Assembly: GCA_965217775.1 (NCBI GenBank) | Contig: CBDCJH010000002.1 | Location: forward strand, 4,064,001-4,128,000 | Reading direction: 5' to 3' | From: Acidobacteriota bacterium | GTDB lineage: Bacteria > Acidobacteriota > UBA6911 > RPQK01 > JAJDTT01 | Length of the DNA stretch: 64,000 nucleotides | In this document: one piece after another, positions 28,101 to 37,033 of the stretch | How the letters are laid out: every line of letters begins with the position of its first letter | Position numbering within the stretch: the first letter of the stretch is position 1 | Notes under the pieces: generated by a model | Told to the model about the DNA's origin: nothing | What the model saw: the letters and a program-made list of their open reading frames with translations, nothing else | The model's database searches: none | Translations under genes and position numbers: made by a program

Positions 28101-28306
28101 GTGCATCCCGCCACGAGCCGCATGCGGCCGTCGTTTCGGACCAGCCCCTCGATTCCGCGCGCGGCCAAGGCCAGGGCTTGGGCATTGAAGTATCCGGTCA
28201 GCCGATCGTAGCGCTCAGCATCCTCCAGCGCAGGGATGTAGAACAGCTTGACGAGGTTTCCGTCATCAAGCGTATATTTGAGCTGCCACGTGCGATCGGC
28301 GAGCAT
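25124..28306 (-). CDS. PLD-nuclease / SNF2 helicase fusion
   Basis: FHEK..IIED and GSLNET PLD motifs; LIADEVGLGKT, DEAH, TATP, EGLNFQ, WNPMRVEQRIGRIDR. Confidence 0.92.
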   Translation of the reverse strand: MLADRTWQLKYTLDDGNLVKLFYIPALEDAERYDRLTGYFNAQALALAARGIEGLVRNDGRMRLVAGCTLQPPEIEAIEKGEQLRDLVERRLTSLPLAPPDPASSDALELLAWMVARGYLDVKVAVPCDPNRKPIPADGIFHEKAGIIEDRVSDKIAWNGSLNETAAGWRDNWESINVYTSWGSEPRRVADEEANFAQIWANKAHRVIVLDVPDAVRQDLMRFMPASDLPARLKKPEPKSAKPSPENPEPEAKPPTKPMESPGGDLRSRVWSFIQRAPSLPQGGARVGEATSTIIPWPHQVRAFERLYRDWPPRLLIADEVGLGKTIQAGMLLRQAWLAGRAKRILILAPKAILKQWQVELREKFNLNWPIYDGRKLTWYPSPAYRGKNECNVDRHAWHRQPVVIASSHLVRRRDRAAALLEETEPWDLVVLDEAHHARRRAAGSPQQGGPNALLRLMQGLKDRTQGLVLLTATPMQVHPIEVWDLVHLLGLPPEWTAEAFLGFFDDIERVNPASDALERMARLFQSIERFFGETTTEKAQDLVALSRLKVNKVLRALRDDASIPRRQLETKERQAAVKIVRANTALGKLLSRHTRDLLRRYFKAGLLTTPIAERKVEDRFLEMTSEERALYDGVEDYIASTYNQASAKKRSAVGFVMTIYRRRLASSFNALHKTLQNHLDAIAAAEQVQLMGLDEDATEDEGLDDVPDADEVEELTRQALAAEEEADIQQLLGRIGGLPPDSKLHSLKDILHELRQDGYRQTMVFTQYTDTMDFLREELLKNADLRLMCFSGRGGEIPTADGSWRGIDRDEAKRRFRAGEADILLCTDAAAEGLNFQFCGTLINYDMPWNPMRVEQRIGRIDRLGQRHKIIRIVNLHYEGTVETDVYRALRSRIGLFESVVGRLQPILARLPQMISRTVLSGENRNARSRANVVDAIKHQAETAESRGFDIDAVTESDLTVPKQAPSPVTMEDLDRVIRSPDLMPPGFEVQRLGKREYSVLKPGMDKPVRVATDPAYYEAHAESLELWSPGNPLFTPPEFIMPADKSPAGKMLKDILDG

Positions 28307-28318
28307 GATCAGAGATCA

Positions 28319-31255
28319 TCAATCTTGCCACAGCTTCAGTTGCTGGGGCTCGTCGATCTCGTCGCTATAGGCGAGACGGGAGAGGTTGTAGAGCGCCTCG
28401 AAGTCGCTCCCTGAGGCCGCCACGTCGCCTTCGAGCTCGATGCCGCTGAAGGCCTTGGACACCGGTAGGACCTCGAGCACCGCTTCAAGCGCTGCGAAGA
28501 AGCTCGGCTCCTGGTCCACTCGTGCGTTGGCGAGCAATTCCTGGGCGGCCGACAGGGTGCGCACCCGGGCCATGTGAGCGGCATGGTGGATGGCGTCGAT
28601 CATGCCTCGGGAGCCATCCACCGGGCCCAGTGTCCCCTTGGCGGCCCGGCGGGCACTATCCCAGAGGAGGATATAGGCGCCCTTTTTCCCAGCGAGCCGG
28701 CCAACGATGTCACTATCGAGATCGATCCCGACAGCACGGGACAGCCTCAATGCCTCGTCGTAGGAGAACATCGGCGCCTTGAAGGCGTCCCACGCCAGGA
28801 CGAGGAACGCCGTGGCCGGGTCGAGATCGGCGTTGGCCTCGAGATGTGTCAATTGCTCCAGACGCCACCGCTTGACCTCGCGTCGCGCCGCGCCGAGCGC
28901 GTCCTCCGGTGTCGCGGCGTAAGGATCCCATTCCTCTTCAAACAGAATCTGCTGGCGCCGGCGCCGCCGCTCCTCCGGAGCCTCGCGTGGGGTGCCGCGC
29001 TTCAAAGGCCAGTGGCGTGAGAATTCCTCCAGCGCAGGGCCGAAGGAGGCGAGATAGAGATCGACTCCGGCAATGCCCGCCTCCTGGAATTCCTCGACTC
29101 GCTTTCGCACGGCCCGAGCGACGCGGGGCTCCACATCCTCCCAATACAGATTCTGTTCGGCCTTCGAATCCTCGTCCCGTGGTCGGCACACCAGAAAGAT
29201 CGTGCTTTTGGCGGCAGCCTTGTTCTTGATGTGGAGACTGCCTACGGCCTCGGTATTGATGGGCCATGACGCTGTGATGATGAAGCCCGCCTCCATCAGC
29301 CCCTTCGTGAGAGCGTCCCAGGCGCCGGTGGCCTTGTGAGTGAACATCAAGGTCATGACGCCCTCAGGCTTCAGGACCCGGCGGCACTCGGCAAAGATGG
29401 ACGCCATCCGTTCCTGGTAGTCTCGCCCTGCGAGCGCCCTGGCGCCCTTCTGGCCCTGGAACCTGGTCGGATTGGCGACAGCTTCGTTGTCCTTGTCGGT
29501 CAGGTGTCGGCGGAACAACTCGGGGAAGACATGACCGGCGGTGCGCTTGAGCCAGACATAGAAGAAGTCCGACAGCTCGGCATACATGACGTTGTCGTAA
29601 TAGGGCGGGTCCATGACCACTGCATCGACGCTGCCCTCGGCGATGTGGTCCAGGCTGTCGCCCGGCTTGCAGGTGATAGTGAGGGGTGGCGGAGTGTATT
29701 CCACTGCGTCGGCATCGTCGAACAGGCCGCCACTGGCGCCTTTCCCTTCCGGGCGAACCAGCCCGACGAGTTCCTTGATGCATTTGGCGGTCTGGTTGAT
29801 AGCCCAGTCATAGCCGAGGCCGACAATGAGAGGGGCCATTTCGGCATAGGACCATCTGAAAGAGAAGTCATGGCGCTGAAAAGTATGCGCCATGCGTAGC
29901 TTTCCCGTTTCCCACGTACAGCTTCGCGAATTCCAGTCCACCAATCGGTCTATGCTAAGCGCCAAGTACCCATATCCTGCTTGCCGAACCTCGTTTAACT
30001 TTCCTTCCGCCCGGTCCGCGTCGAGCATTTCGCGAAAGACCTCGACGCTCGTACCGTGGCAAAGAAGCTGGCGCGGCGAGAACAGATCCCGCCACAATGG
30101 CATGCCATATTGAATGGGACGATCATCGTTGCTGACCTCTGGAAATTTCTCGCTTGGAACGAAATCGAATGCCTCCCATTCGGGAAGTTTCCTGGCAAGT
30201 CTTGCCTGAATTTCAGCACCGTTGTCGTCCTCGGGCCGCGGCGCCCGGTAGCCTCGAACCCATTTGTCCTTTCCGCGCTTTCCCGACTTGAGGATCTTTA
30301 TGACGCGTTGCTTGTAAACGACCGCGAAGAGCTGGTCGCCCATTTGACCCGCCTGAGCTTGGCGCTTGATTTCGTCGCCGTCGACCACCCGCCCGCAATC
30401 AGGATAGGGACAGGTGCCGGCCCCTCGCGCTACAGTCCCGGAGGACTGCTCCTTCGCAGTCCGGACGATCTCGAACGAGCAGATTCGACCATCGGAACCC
30501 GGCCCGGATCCAAGTTCAGGCCTCAACCGAACGCCAGTTCCATCGGGTGTCAGCCGCCAGTTGGGCGATAACGGCACAAGGCCGTCGCAATAGGGACAGG
30601 TGATCGTGTGTGCCCAGAGATAAGTCAGGTCGACGCGGTCTGGCAGGTCCCTCTGGGGAAAGTACGCGCCGAGGCGAGCTTCAATACGCCGGCGCCACTC
30701 GGCAGCCAACTTATCGAATCGGCCTCTGACATCGTGGGAGTAAGCCGACGGCCACTCGACTGTGGCCTTCATGATCAAGGCAGCTACAGGATTCAGGTCG
30801 TTTGCAAGTGGCGCAATACCCATGCGTATCGTTTCGAATGGAATGCTTCCGCCACCTGCGGTCGGATCAAGGACGGTAAGATCTTTTATTGAATCGTCGA
30901 GCGTGGATCTCAGCCACGCTCTGTCAGTTTGCTCCAACAGGTACCCGAAGGCGCGGCCGTAGCCGTAAGGATTATTCACCCGGATTCCGGTCCTTCGCGC
31001 TCGGTCAATTACGTTTCGAGCCGCCACCGGATCGCCATGAATTCCGAGCACATGCAGGAACTTCTCCCGGTCGGCATCCGCGGGCAGAAGAGAGGCGAGA
31101 ACAGCCGCCCGCGAGGCCACCAACGGCCGGCGCGCCCACCAGACGTGGAGGCGGTTCGGCGCGGGGAACGGCGTCATAGGAGTCCGTTCTCGTACGCTTT
31201 CTACTCCAAGAGCCGCGATCGGCATCCAGCGTTCGATCAAGCGGGTATCAGGCAT
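28319..31255 (-). CDS. DUF1156 amino-DNA methyltransferase
   Basis: LHVWWARRPL, DPTAGGGSIP (motif I), DPPYYDN (motif IV), CPYC/CPYPDC zinc ribbon. Confidence 0.92.
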   Translation of the reverse strand: MPDTRLIERWMPIAALGVESVRERTPMTPFPAPNRLHVWWARRPLVASRAAVLASLLPADADREKFLHVLGIHGDPVAARNVIDRARRTGIRVNNPYGYGRAFGYLLEQTDRAWLRSTLDDSIKDLTVLDPTAGGGSIPFETIRMGIAPLANDLNPVAALIMKATVEWPSAYSHDVRGRFDKLAAEWRRRIEARLGAYFPQRDLPDRVDLTYLWAHTITCPYCDGLVPLSPNWRLTPDGTGVRLRPELGSGPGSDGRICSFEIVRTAKEQSSGTVARGAGTCPYPDCGRVVDGDEIKRQAQAGQMGDQLFAVVYKQRVIKILKSGKRGKDKWVRGYRAPRPEDDNGAEIQARLARKLPEWEAFDFVPSEKFPEVSNDDRPIQYGMPLWRDLFSPRQLLCHGTSVEVFREMLDADRAEGKLNEVRQAGYGYLALSIDRLVDWNSRSCTWETGKLRMAHTFQRHDFSFRWSYAEMAPLIVGLGYDWAINQTAKCIKELVGLVRPEGKGASGGLFDDADAVEYTPPPLTITCKPGDSLDHIAEGSVDAVVMDPPYYDNVMYAELSDFFYVWLKRTAGHVFPELFRRHLTDKDNEAVANPTRFQGQKGARALAGRDYQERMASIFAECRRVLKPEGVMTLMFTHKATGAWDALTKGLMEAGFIITASWPINTEAVGSLHIKNKAAAKSTIFLVCRPRDEDSKAEQNLYWEDVEPRVARAVRKRVEEFQEAGIAGVDLYLASFGPALEEFSRHWPLKRGTPREAPEERRRRRQQILFEEEWDPYAATPEDALGAARREVKRWRLEQLTHLEANADLDPATAFLVLAWDAFKAPMFSYDEALRLSRAVGIDLDSDIVGRLAGKKGAYILLWDSARRAAKGTLGPVDGSRGMIDAIHHAAHMARVRTLSAAQELLANARVDQEPSFFAALEAVLEVLPVSKAFSGIELEGDVAASGSDFEALYNLSRLAYSDEIDEPQQLKLWQD

Positions 31256-31336
31256 CGGTTCAGTTCCATGCTGGATCGTGTTCCAGGTCGAGTCGGTCGA
31301 TGGTCCTGAAATTCTCGATTCCCACGTAATCCAGCT

Positions 31337-31831
31337 TCACGACCGGCCCCTTTCTGTCCGCGGCTCGGTCAGAAGAAACCGCAGCGCCGCAAGCACTCGG
31401 CGCGGGTGCTTGCGATGCATCGCCATGCCAAGCCAATAAGCGGCTTCCTCGTGCCCCATGGCCTCGACCCCCTCGGCCACCGCCCTCATGTTGGCACGGC
31501 TTCGCATCGGGGCCAGCACACGGAACAGCAGGCCCAATGTCAACGCCAAATCTTCCGTGAGAGCATAGCCACGCTTTCTGGTGTCCGCGTTCCGTGAGGG
31601 CTTGATGCCGGATTGCGAAAGCCGCTTCAACACTCGGTGCTCGACCAGTTCGAGGTTCCGACCCCGAAGCCCGGCGACGCGCAAAGGCGACGTCACCTGC
31701 GGTGTGGCGGTGGCGGGCATCTGCCAGATTTCATACTCGGTGCCGACCGGCCCGTGGCGGCGTGCCCGCAACTCGTACCGGGGCGCGGATTCCGGCGTCT
31801 CGATCTGGGCGATTCTCTCCAGGCGCGCCAC
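31337..31831 (-). CDS. small accessory protein of the DUF499/DUF1156 system (DUF3780-position protein)
   Basis: GTG 2 nt after the DUF499 stop; L.EDLAL.LGLLFR, M..EEAAYW, ALRFLL pattern. Confidence 0.75.
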   Translation of the reverse strand: MARLERIAQIETPESAPRYELRARRHGPVGTEYEIWQMPATATPQVTSPLRVAGLRGRNLELVEHRVLKRLSQSGIKPSRNADTRKRGYALTEDLALTLGLLFRVLAPMRSRANMRAVAEGVEAMGHEEAAYWLGMAMHRKHPRRVLAALRFLLTEPRTERGRS

Positions 31832-31832
31832 C

Positions 31833-34800
31833 TTAAGCCTTGGCCTCCGCCTTGGCCGACACATAGGCGGCACCACTCGCGAACCGCGCCAGGCGCTCGG
31901 AGAGTTTCTCCCCCGCTTCCCCTTGCATGGAAAGCCCGTTGGCAAAGGTCAACTGGAACCCCGTCTCGATACTCTTGGAACTTGCGTCCCGAAGCTGAGC
32001 TTGCAAAAACTCCCTCACCGGCTGAGCGTCCGGGACCGGGCCTCGGAACTCCAGCTCGAAGGATCCACCCTCGCGGGTTTCATAACCGCCCATGATCGTG
32101 ACGATCTTGTCCGCCCCGGATACGGCGCCCACGGCGCCGAAGAGCCGGAAGGCGTCGCCTGCCTCGAACATGCGGATGGTCAAGACTTCGATGCTCTCCA
32201 CCTTCTTCGCCCGTGCCTGCTCCCACAACCGGATCAGGGCCTCCTTGAGAATGCCTTCCGCGATAAAAGACTGAGTCGCTGCTCCGGGCGGATCGCTTCC
32301 ACCCTGCTCTGAGACGGAGCCTATACCTCCCCCCCCCACATACGTCCCGGCTGATCCTCCCGGTTTCGTCCCCCCCGGTTCATCGGCCTTCTTCCTTGGC
32401 CAGATGCCGGCATTCTTCGCATAGGCCATGGTGAAGATCACGGATTGCTCATCGATCATGATGCCGGCCGCCGGATCGCCCGGTCCGAACAGCAACTCTC
32501 CGCGCCGATAGACGTATTCGCTCTGCTCGACGCCGCGCCGCACGCCACGAATGAAGACGTTGTCGCCAATCAGGATCGGGAGCGCGGGATCGAGCCTGAA
32601 CTCGTCCCGCAACGCCAGCGTGGTGATCTGACCCTTTTTGAGCGGTGTCCGGTCGCGCACATAAGCGGGGGAGTCCGGCTCGTCCTCGGACAGGCGCAGC
32701 TTGTTGAGATCGCGTAATGCCCGCACGATCTGCTGCTGGCCCGCTCCCGGCTGATCGGAGGTGGAATGGATGTCGATCGCCGTGTGGGCCAGATCGACCC
32801 TACTCGCGCCGACCCGGTTGCGGGATGGATAGAACACGTGCCGGTAACACTGTTGAATGGCGATCGCGAGTTCCTGCTCGGATCGGGCTTCCAGCTCGCG
32901 CACCTTGGCCTGCTGGTGCTCCGCCAGATCGATGAGGCGTTCCGGCTTTTTCAGTTCCCGCAGCGCCAGACGATGATAGGTCTTGCGGCGCATCTCCGCC
33001 TTGCGGGCTCCGTCCGCGACCACGAACACCACATGGTTCCGAAGCCTCCTCAAGGCCGAACCTTCCGAGCCTTTCCGAGTGTAGATCCGCTCGATCAAAT
33101 CGGGCACGTTCTCAACCGAGCTGCCGATGGTCAAGCCGTCATAGGACAGAACGATGAGCTTCGGCCGGCCGTCGCCGACCTCGTCGGGAACATCGAACGG
33201 CCCTCCCGGAAAGGACACCGTCTCGAACCTCTCCCCCCCGAATATCTGGCGGATGCGGTCGTTGAGCTCGGCGCGGGCTTCCCCGGCATCCACATGGCGC
33301 TCCTCGCGACGGATGATCTGGCGCAGATTGGCCTCGGCCAGAAAGCGCATCGGCGCGCCGGGGCGGTCGTCAAGGTAGGCGGAATCGGTGATGAACTTCT
33401 CGCGCGCCCCCTCGATAAAGCTGATGTCCGTCTTGGGACTCAGGATCGAATAGCGCAGCTGCTCCGGAGAAATCCCCTTGAGCGGATCGTTGAAGGCCAG
33501 CGTGTGCATGAAGATGGTGCGGGCGACATAGACTGCATACGGCGGCAGGCCACCGTGATTAAGGGCGTCGATCTCCTGCGCCAGCGCCTTCTTCCCGGCC
33601 AAACCGGCAGCAACGTCGTTGGTGATGGCCGGCAGGTAGGCGGACTGCCCGAGGCGTGTCACGATCTCCTGGCGGACGGGTTCGTAGCCGGGATCGATAT
33701 GGTGAAGATGAATCGCCGTCGCGTCCGCGGGCTGCTCCTCCCAAAGATGCGAGATGGTCCGCGCCAACAACCGCAGCATGCCGCGAACTCGCTGAAAATT
33801 GCCCAGTGTCGCCGTCTTTCCGGTCAGGGTCTCCAGCACTTCCGGATGCAGCGGGTAACTCGAGCGGAAGGTCTCCACCGTCTCCGCGCGGCCGGCCTCC
33901 TCCGACAAGGACTCCTTGTTGGCTCTCCACCGCGCCCGGTAGGCCTCCGTAACAGCGGGAATCTTGGTCTCGTCGATGAATTCGAACAGACGGCGGCGGA
34001 GCACCTGAACCGTCTCGTCCTCCTCTGTGGGGTTCAAAAGCGTCGCCTTGCGAGCCGAGACGCTTTCCGCTTCGGCCATGTGATCGGCGATGAACTGAGT
34101 TTCTTCATTGTAGGCGTCGGTGGCTCGGCCGTCCTTGCCGATCGCCAGGGTGTAGACGAGGGCGGCGTTGGGCGCGCTCTCGACAGCCTTGAACAATGAG
34201 GTCAGAAACGCCGTCAACTGATCGCGAGCATCCTCAAGGTTGCGCACCTTGCGCAGGTAAACCGAAAGTTCGTCGAGCAGAATCAGGGTCGGCTCGTCGC
34301 CGAACAACTCGCGCAGGGTCTCGGCACCCGGTGCGATGCAACTTTCGTCGCTCCTGCGAACCCGCTCGTAGCCCGCTCGCCCGGCAAGCGCATGGGCAAG
34401 CTCGCCCCAGGGAGTATAGGCGAGAAGACCTCCTTCCATCCTCCGGCCATTGGCCGGATCAGCGTTCTCACCATCGAATGCCGCAACGCGGACATGGCTT
34501 CGAGGCAAAAGGGCCGGATCGACAAACTCCGCAATGTTCGAGACGCTCTGCATTCCGTGTGCGGCATGGCACAAGGCGATCAGCCCGTGGGTCTTGCCGC
34601 CGCCGTAAGAGGTGTCGAGCCGGATAATCGACGCGATCTCCCCCCCCGCACCGGTCAGCCGCCGACACACATTGGCGAGCAGGTTCTTGAGGCCCCTGGT
34701 GGGATAGGTGTTGGCGAAGAAACGGACCGGGTCACGATATTCGGCATTTCCCGAGCCGGTCTTGATGATGACTTGGGCTAGATCCGCCGCGAAATCGGAT

Positions 34801-34868
34801 TCAGTAATCGCTCCCTTGAGAACGTCCGCTCGCGGCCGGCAGATCTCGAATAGGGTCGGGATGGTCAT
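31833..34868 (-). CDS. DUF499 AAA+ ATPase
   Basis: FAADL, FF..TYPT.GL, Walker A TSYGGGKTH, LILLDEL, SYPLHPE, FQRVRG.LRL. Confidence 0.92.
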   Translation of the reverse strand: MTIPTLFEICRPRADVLKGAITESDFAADLAQVIIKTGSGNAEYRDPVRFFANTYPTRGLKNLLANVCRRLTGAGGEIASIIRLDTSYGGGKTHGLIALCHAAHGMQSVSNIAEFVDPALLPRSHVRVAAFDGENADPANGRRMEGGLLAYTPWGELAHALAGRAGYERVRRSDESCIAPGAETLRELFGDEPTLILLDELSVYLRKVRNLEDARDQLTAFLTSLFKAVESAPNAALVYTLAIGKDGRATDAYNEETQFIADHMAEAESVSARKATLLNPTEEDETVQVLRRRLFEFIDETKIPAVTEAYRARWRANKESLSEEAGRAETVETFRSSYPLHPEVLETLTGKTATLGNFQRVRGMLRLLARTISHLWEEQPADATAIHLHHIDPGYEPVRQEIVTRLGQSAYLPAITNDVAAGLAGKKALAQEIDALNHGGLPPYAVYVARTIFMHTLAFNDPLKGISPEQLRYSILSPKTDISFIEGAREKFITDSAYLDDRPGAPMRFLAEANLRQIIRREERHVDAGEARAELNDRIRQIFGGERFETVSFPGGPFDVPDEVGDGRPKLIVLSYDGLTIGSSVENVPDLIERIYTRKGSEGSALRRLRNHVVFVVADGARKAEMRRKTYHRLALRELKKPERLIDLAEHQQAKVRELEARSEQELAIAIQQCYRHVFYPSRNRVGASRVDLAHTAIDIHSTSDQPGAGQQQIVRALRDLNKLRLSEDEPDSPAYVRDRTPLKKGQITTLALRDEFRLDPALPILIGDNVFIRGVRRGVEQSEYVYRRGELLFGPGDPAAGIMIDEQSVIFTMAYAKNAGIWPRKKADEPGGTKPGGSAGTYVGGGGIGSVSEQGGSDPPGAATQSFIAEGILKEALIRLWEQARAKKVESIEVLTIRMFEAGDAFRLFGAVGAVSGADKIVTIMGGYETREGGSFELEFRGPVPDAQPVREFLQAQLRDASSKSIETGFQLTFANGLSMQGEAGEKLSERLARFASGAAYVSAKAEAKA

Positions 34869-35151
34869 GGTTCTCACTCTACCTGACTTTCTGAAATTCT
34901 GGCTCCGCGACGATTGGTTCCAGCCAATCCCGCCCGGCGTGCCGCAGGGGCAACGCCTGGGGGCCTATAGCTTACTCATGGTCTAAGGAAGATCATCGAT
35001 CCTGGGGCCTCTGACGGCCGCGAATTTACCATGGTCCCACGATAATTCTGCTTGACGGCGCTCAGGCGACATTTTGGTGGTTGGTGGCCTCAGCCGCGAT
35101 CCAGGCCAGCCTCCGTGGGCAGTCCTTCCTGCGGCGATTTCTACCATTAGA

Positions 35152-36150
35152 TTAATTAAATTTTCTCCCTCGGACCTGCCGAGTTCTCGTTCTTCTTCGG
35201 GAACCCGGCGAATCGAAAGACGGCTCCTCCTCCCCATTCAGCCACGCTTTCATTCCCAAGAAGACTCTCGGCAGTGTCGTGCCATGGTTTGCGAATTCCG
35301 AACTCAACGCTTCCCCAAACGTGGGGAACTCACTGCGGATCAGACGATCATGTATCTCCTCCCCGAATTTGTCCGCCAAGTATTTCAGAATGAAACTGTC
35401 GCCAAAGTAAACGTCCCCGCATGTAATCTCAGGATGATTGCCGGTGAGTGACTCGCAACAGCCGATTTTTGATCCGGCATTTCTGCGTACTTCTTCCAAT
35501 AGTTTTTCGAGCCCCTGCATCCGGTTGGACTCAGTCGTGTTGAACAACCCCTCGTATTCTGCCAAGCCCTCCGCGATCCATGGCGCTGGCGCTTTATAGA
35601 AATAGCCCCAAATGCTCAGTTCGGCCGCATGAGTGATTTCGTGGACCAAGTTCTTGGCATGATAATCGATGGGCGGAAGCTGGAGCCGACCCCAGGCCGG
35701 CCGTGTCTGCCACTCAGGATGGGACGGTGCAAGATATGGAATCCATGCGAAATAGCTTCCATCGTCTTCTTGGGAGCAGCACTTGAATGATGTCAGGCTC
35801 GTCTTGGCATCGTCGTTTGGATCGGGGACGAGGACGATGAAAAGGTGGAGGGGTGCGGTGAGATACCCTCTACCCTCTTCGTACCGTACCGCAGTGAATT
35901 CCGATACGGAATATTTGTCTTGCATGACTTGGAGTCCATGGTCAATCCAATCCGCAACGAATGGGACATCCTGTTCAAACTCTGTCGTGTAGCAAATCGA
36001 GTATCGTTCGTAATCCGATCTCAACCAATCGACATGATCGTAGGAAGATTTGTTGTAAGTGAGATTATCGCATCCGGCATCGACCCGACTGACGACCACG
36101 GCTGAGAGAATGGGAAAGACGCATAATACTAACGACCATCGAATTCTAAC
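35152..36150 (-). CDS. secreted HEXXH metallopeptidase-like protein; natural start codon apparently lost at the hairpin site
   Basis: Signal-like RIRWSLVLCVFPILSAVVV, LVHEITH...WIAEGLAEY gluzincin motif; no ATG/GTG between the site and the signal peptide; low GC. Confidence 0.65.
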   Translation of the reverse strand, partial: VRIRWSLVLCVFPILSAVVVSRVDAGCDNLTYNKSSYDHVDWLRSDYERYSICYTTEFEQDVPFVADWIDHGLQVMQDKYSVSEFTAVRYEEGRGYLTAPLHLFIVLVPDPNDDAKTSLTSFKCCSQEDDGSYFAWIPYLAPSHPEWQTRPAWGRLQLPPIDYHAKNLVHEITHAAELSIWGYFYKAPAPWIAEGLAEYEGLFNTTESNRMQGLEKLLEEVRRNAGSKIGCCESLTGNHPEITCGDVYFGDSFILKYLADKFGEEIHDRLIRSEFPTFGEALSSEFANHGTTLPRVFLGMKAWLNGEEEPSFDSPGSRRRTRTRQVRGRKFN

Positions 36151-36182
36151 CGGGAGAAGGGGACAGTTACCTTCTCTACTCT
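36151..36182 (+). repeat. polar hairpin site
   Basis: CGGGAGAAGGGGACAGTTACCTTCTCTACTCT. Confidence 0.9.
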
Positions 36183-36275
36183 GACCGGTCAGAACGTGCC
36201 GCTCAAGGACGTCCATTACCTGGCTGGACACGCCCACCCCGCACCACCCAGAGATCTACGATCGGCGAGCCTGGG
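36181..36275 (+). pseudogene. tyrosine recombinase C-terminal remnant
   Basis: QNVPLKDVHYLAGHAHP then frameshifted TTQ / IYDRR, i.e. box II His and catalytic Tyr. Confidence 0.65.
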
Positions 36276-36334
36276 ACCTCTCACGGGCTCGTTTTTCAGG
36301 ATCTCGGGGAATTTTCGCCACAAGCGGTTCAACG

Positions 36335-37033
36335 TTAACATGCTGTCAGAGTTCTCCTTCGGCCGTCCCTTCTCCGCAGGTTCAAGGAGTTCTGGCGCAC
36401 GAAGCTGTCCCAAGACTCGTAGCATCGAATCGAAGCCTTCTTCAGATGCGGCGCACCGGGAGTACGCTTCAGCTTTCCGGTCAATAGGAACATGCTCTCG
36501 TTGATCCTCCTCGTAATCGGGTAGGGTTCGCGGTTGGGAATAAACTTTGGGTCAAGAAACCCCTTCTCGATATTTCTGGGAGTATGTTTGTTGTTGGCTT
36601 TCCAGAACTCTCTCTCCCTTGGCCCAATCGGGATGATCTCACCTTGTTCGAATGCCTTTGACCACCGGCGGAATTCCTCTTTCAACTTCTCAAACAAATC
36701 CTTCGATACGATGAACACATCCAAATCGGAACATGTGACCGAAAATTTTTTGCCTAGCTTCTTCGGAGCTAGCGACGCTCCAACACGACCGCTGCCCACA
36801 ATGCCAATTTCCTTTGCATGCACATCCAGAAAGAAACTCAGCCAAGAGCGGATGGACTCGTAGATCGCCGGACACTCTCGGAATGCGTAAGGGATACCCT
36901 CCGACAGCCAGAGGCGAACGAGCGCTATCCGTGCCGGCTCTCCACCTCGCTCTGCAGCATCCAATACAAAACATGGGTTCGGGTATGGACCAGTGAGATT
37001 TCTCAGTGGGTCCGGAATGCTAAATGGTTCCAT
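36335..37033 (-). CDS. Pol-beta superfamily nucleotidyltransferase-like protein
   Basis: IGIVGSGRVG.S...SDLDVFIVS hG[GS]..DxD motif; overlaps the upstream gene by 31 nt. Confidence 0.7.
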   Translation of the reverse strand: MEPFSIPDPLRNLTGPYPNPCFVLDAAERGGEPARIALVRLWLSEGIPYAFRECPAIYESIRSWLSFFLDVHAKEIGIVGSGRVGASLAPKKLGKKFSVTCSDLDVFIVSKDLFEKLKEEFRRWSKAFEQGEIIPIGPREREFWKANNKHTPRNIEKGFLDPKFIPNREPYPITRRINESMFLLTGKLKRTPGAPHLKKASIRCYESWDSFVRQNSLNLRRRDGRRRTLTAC

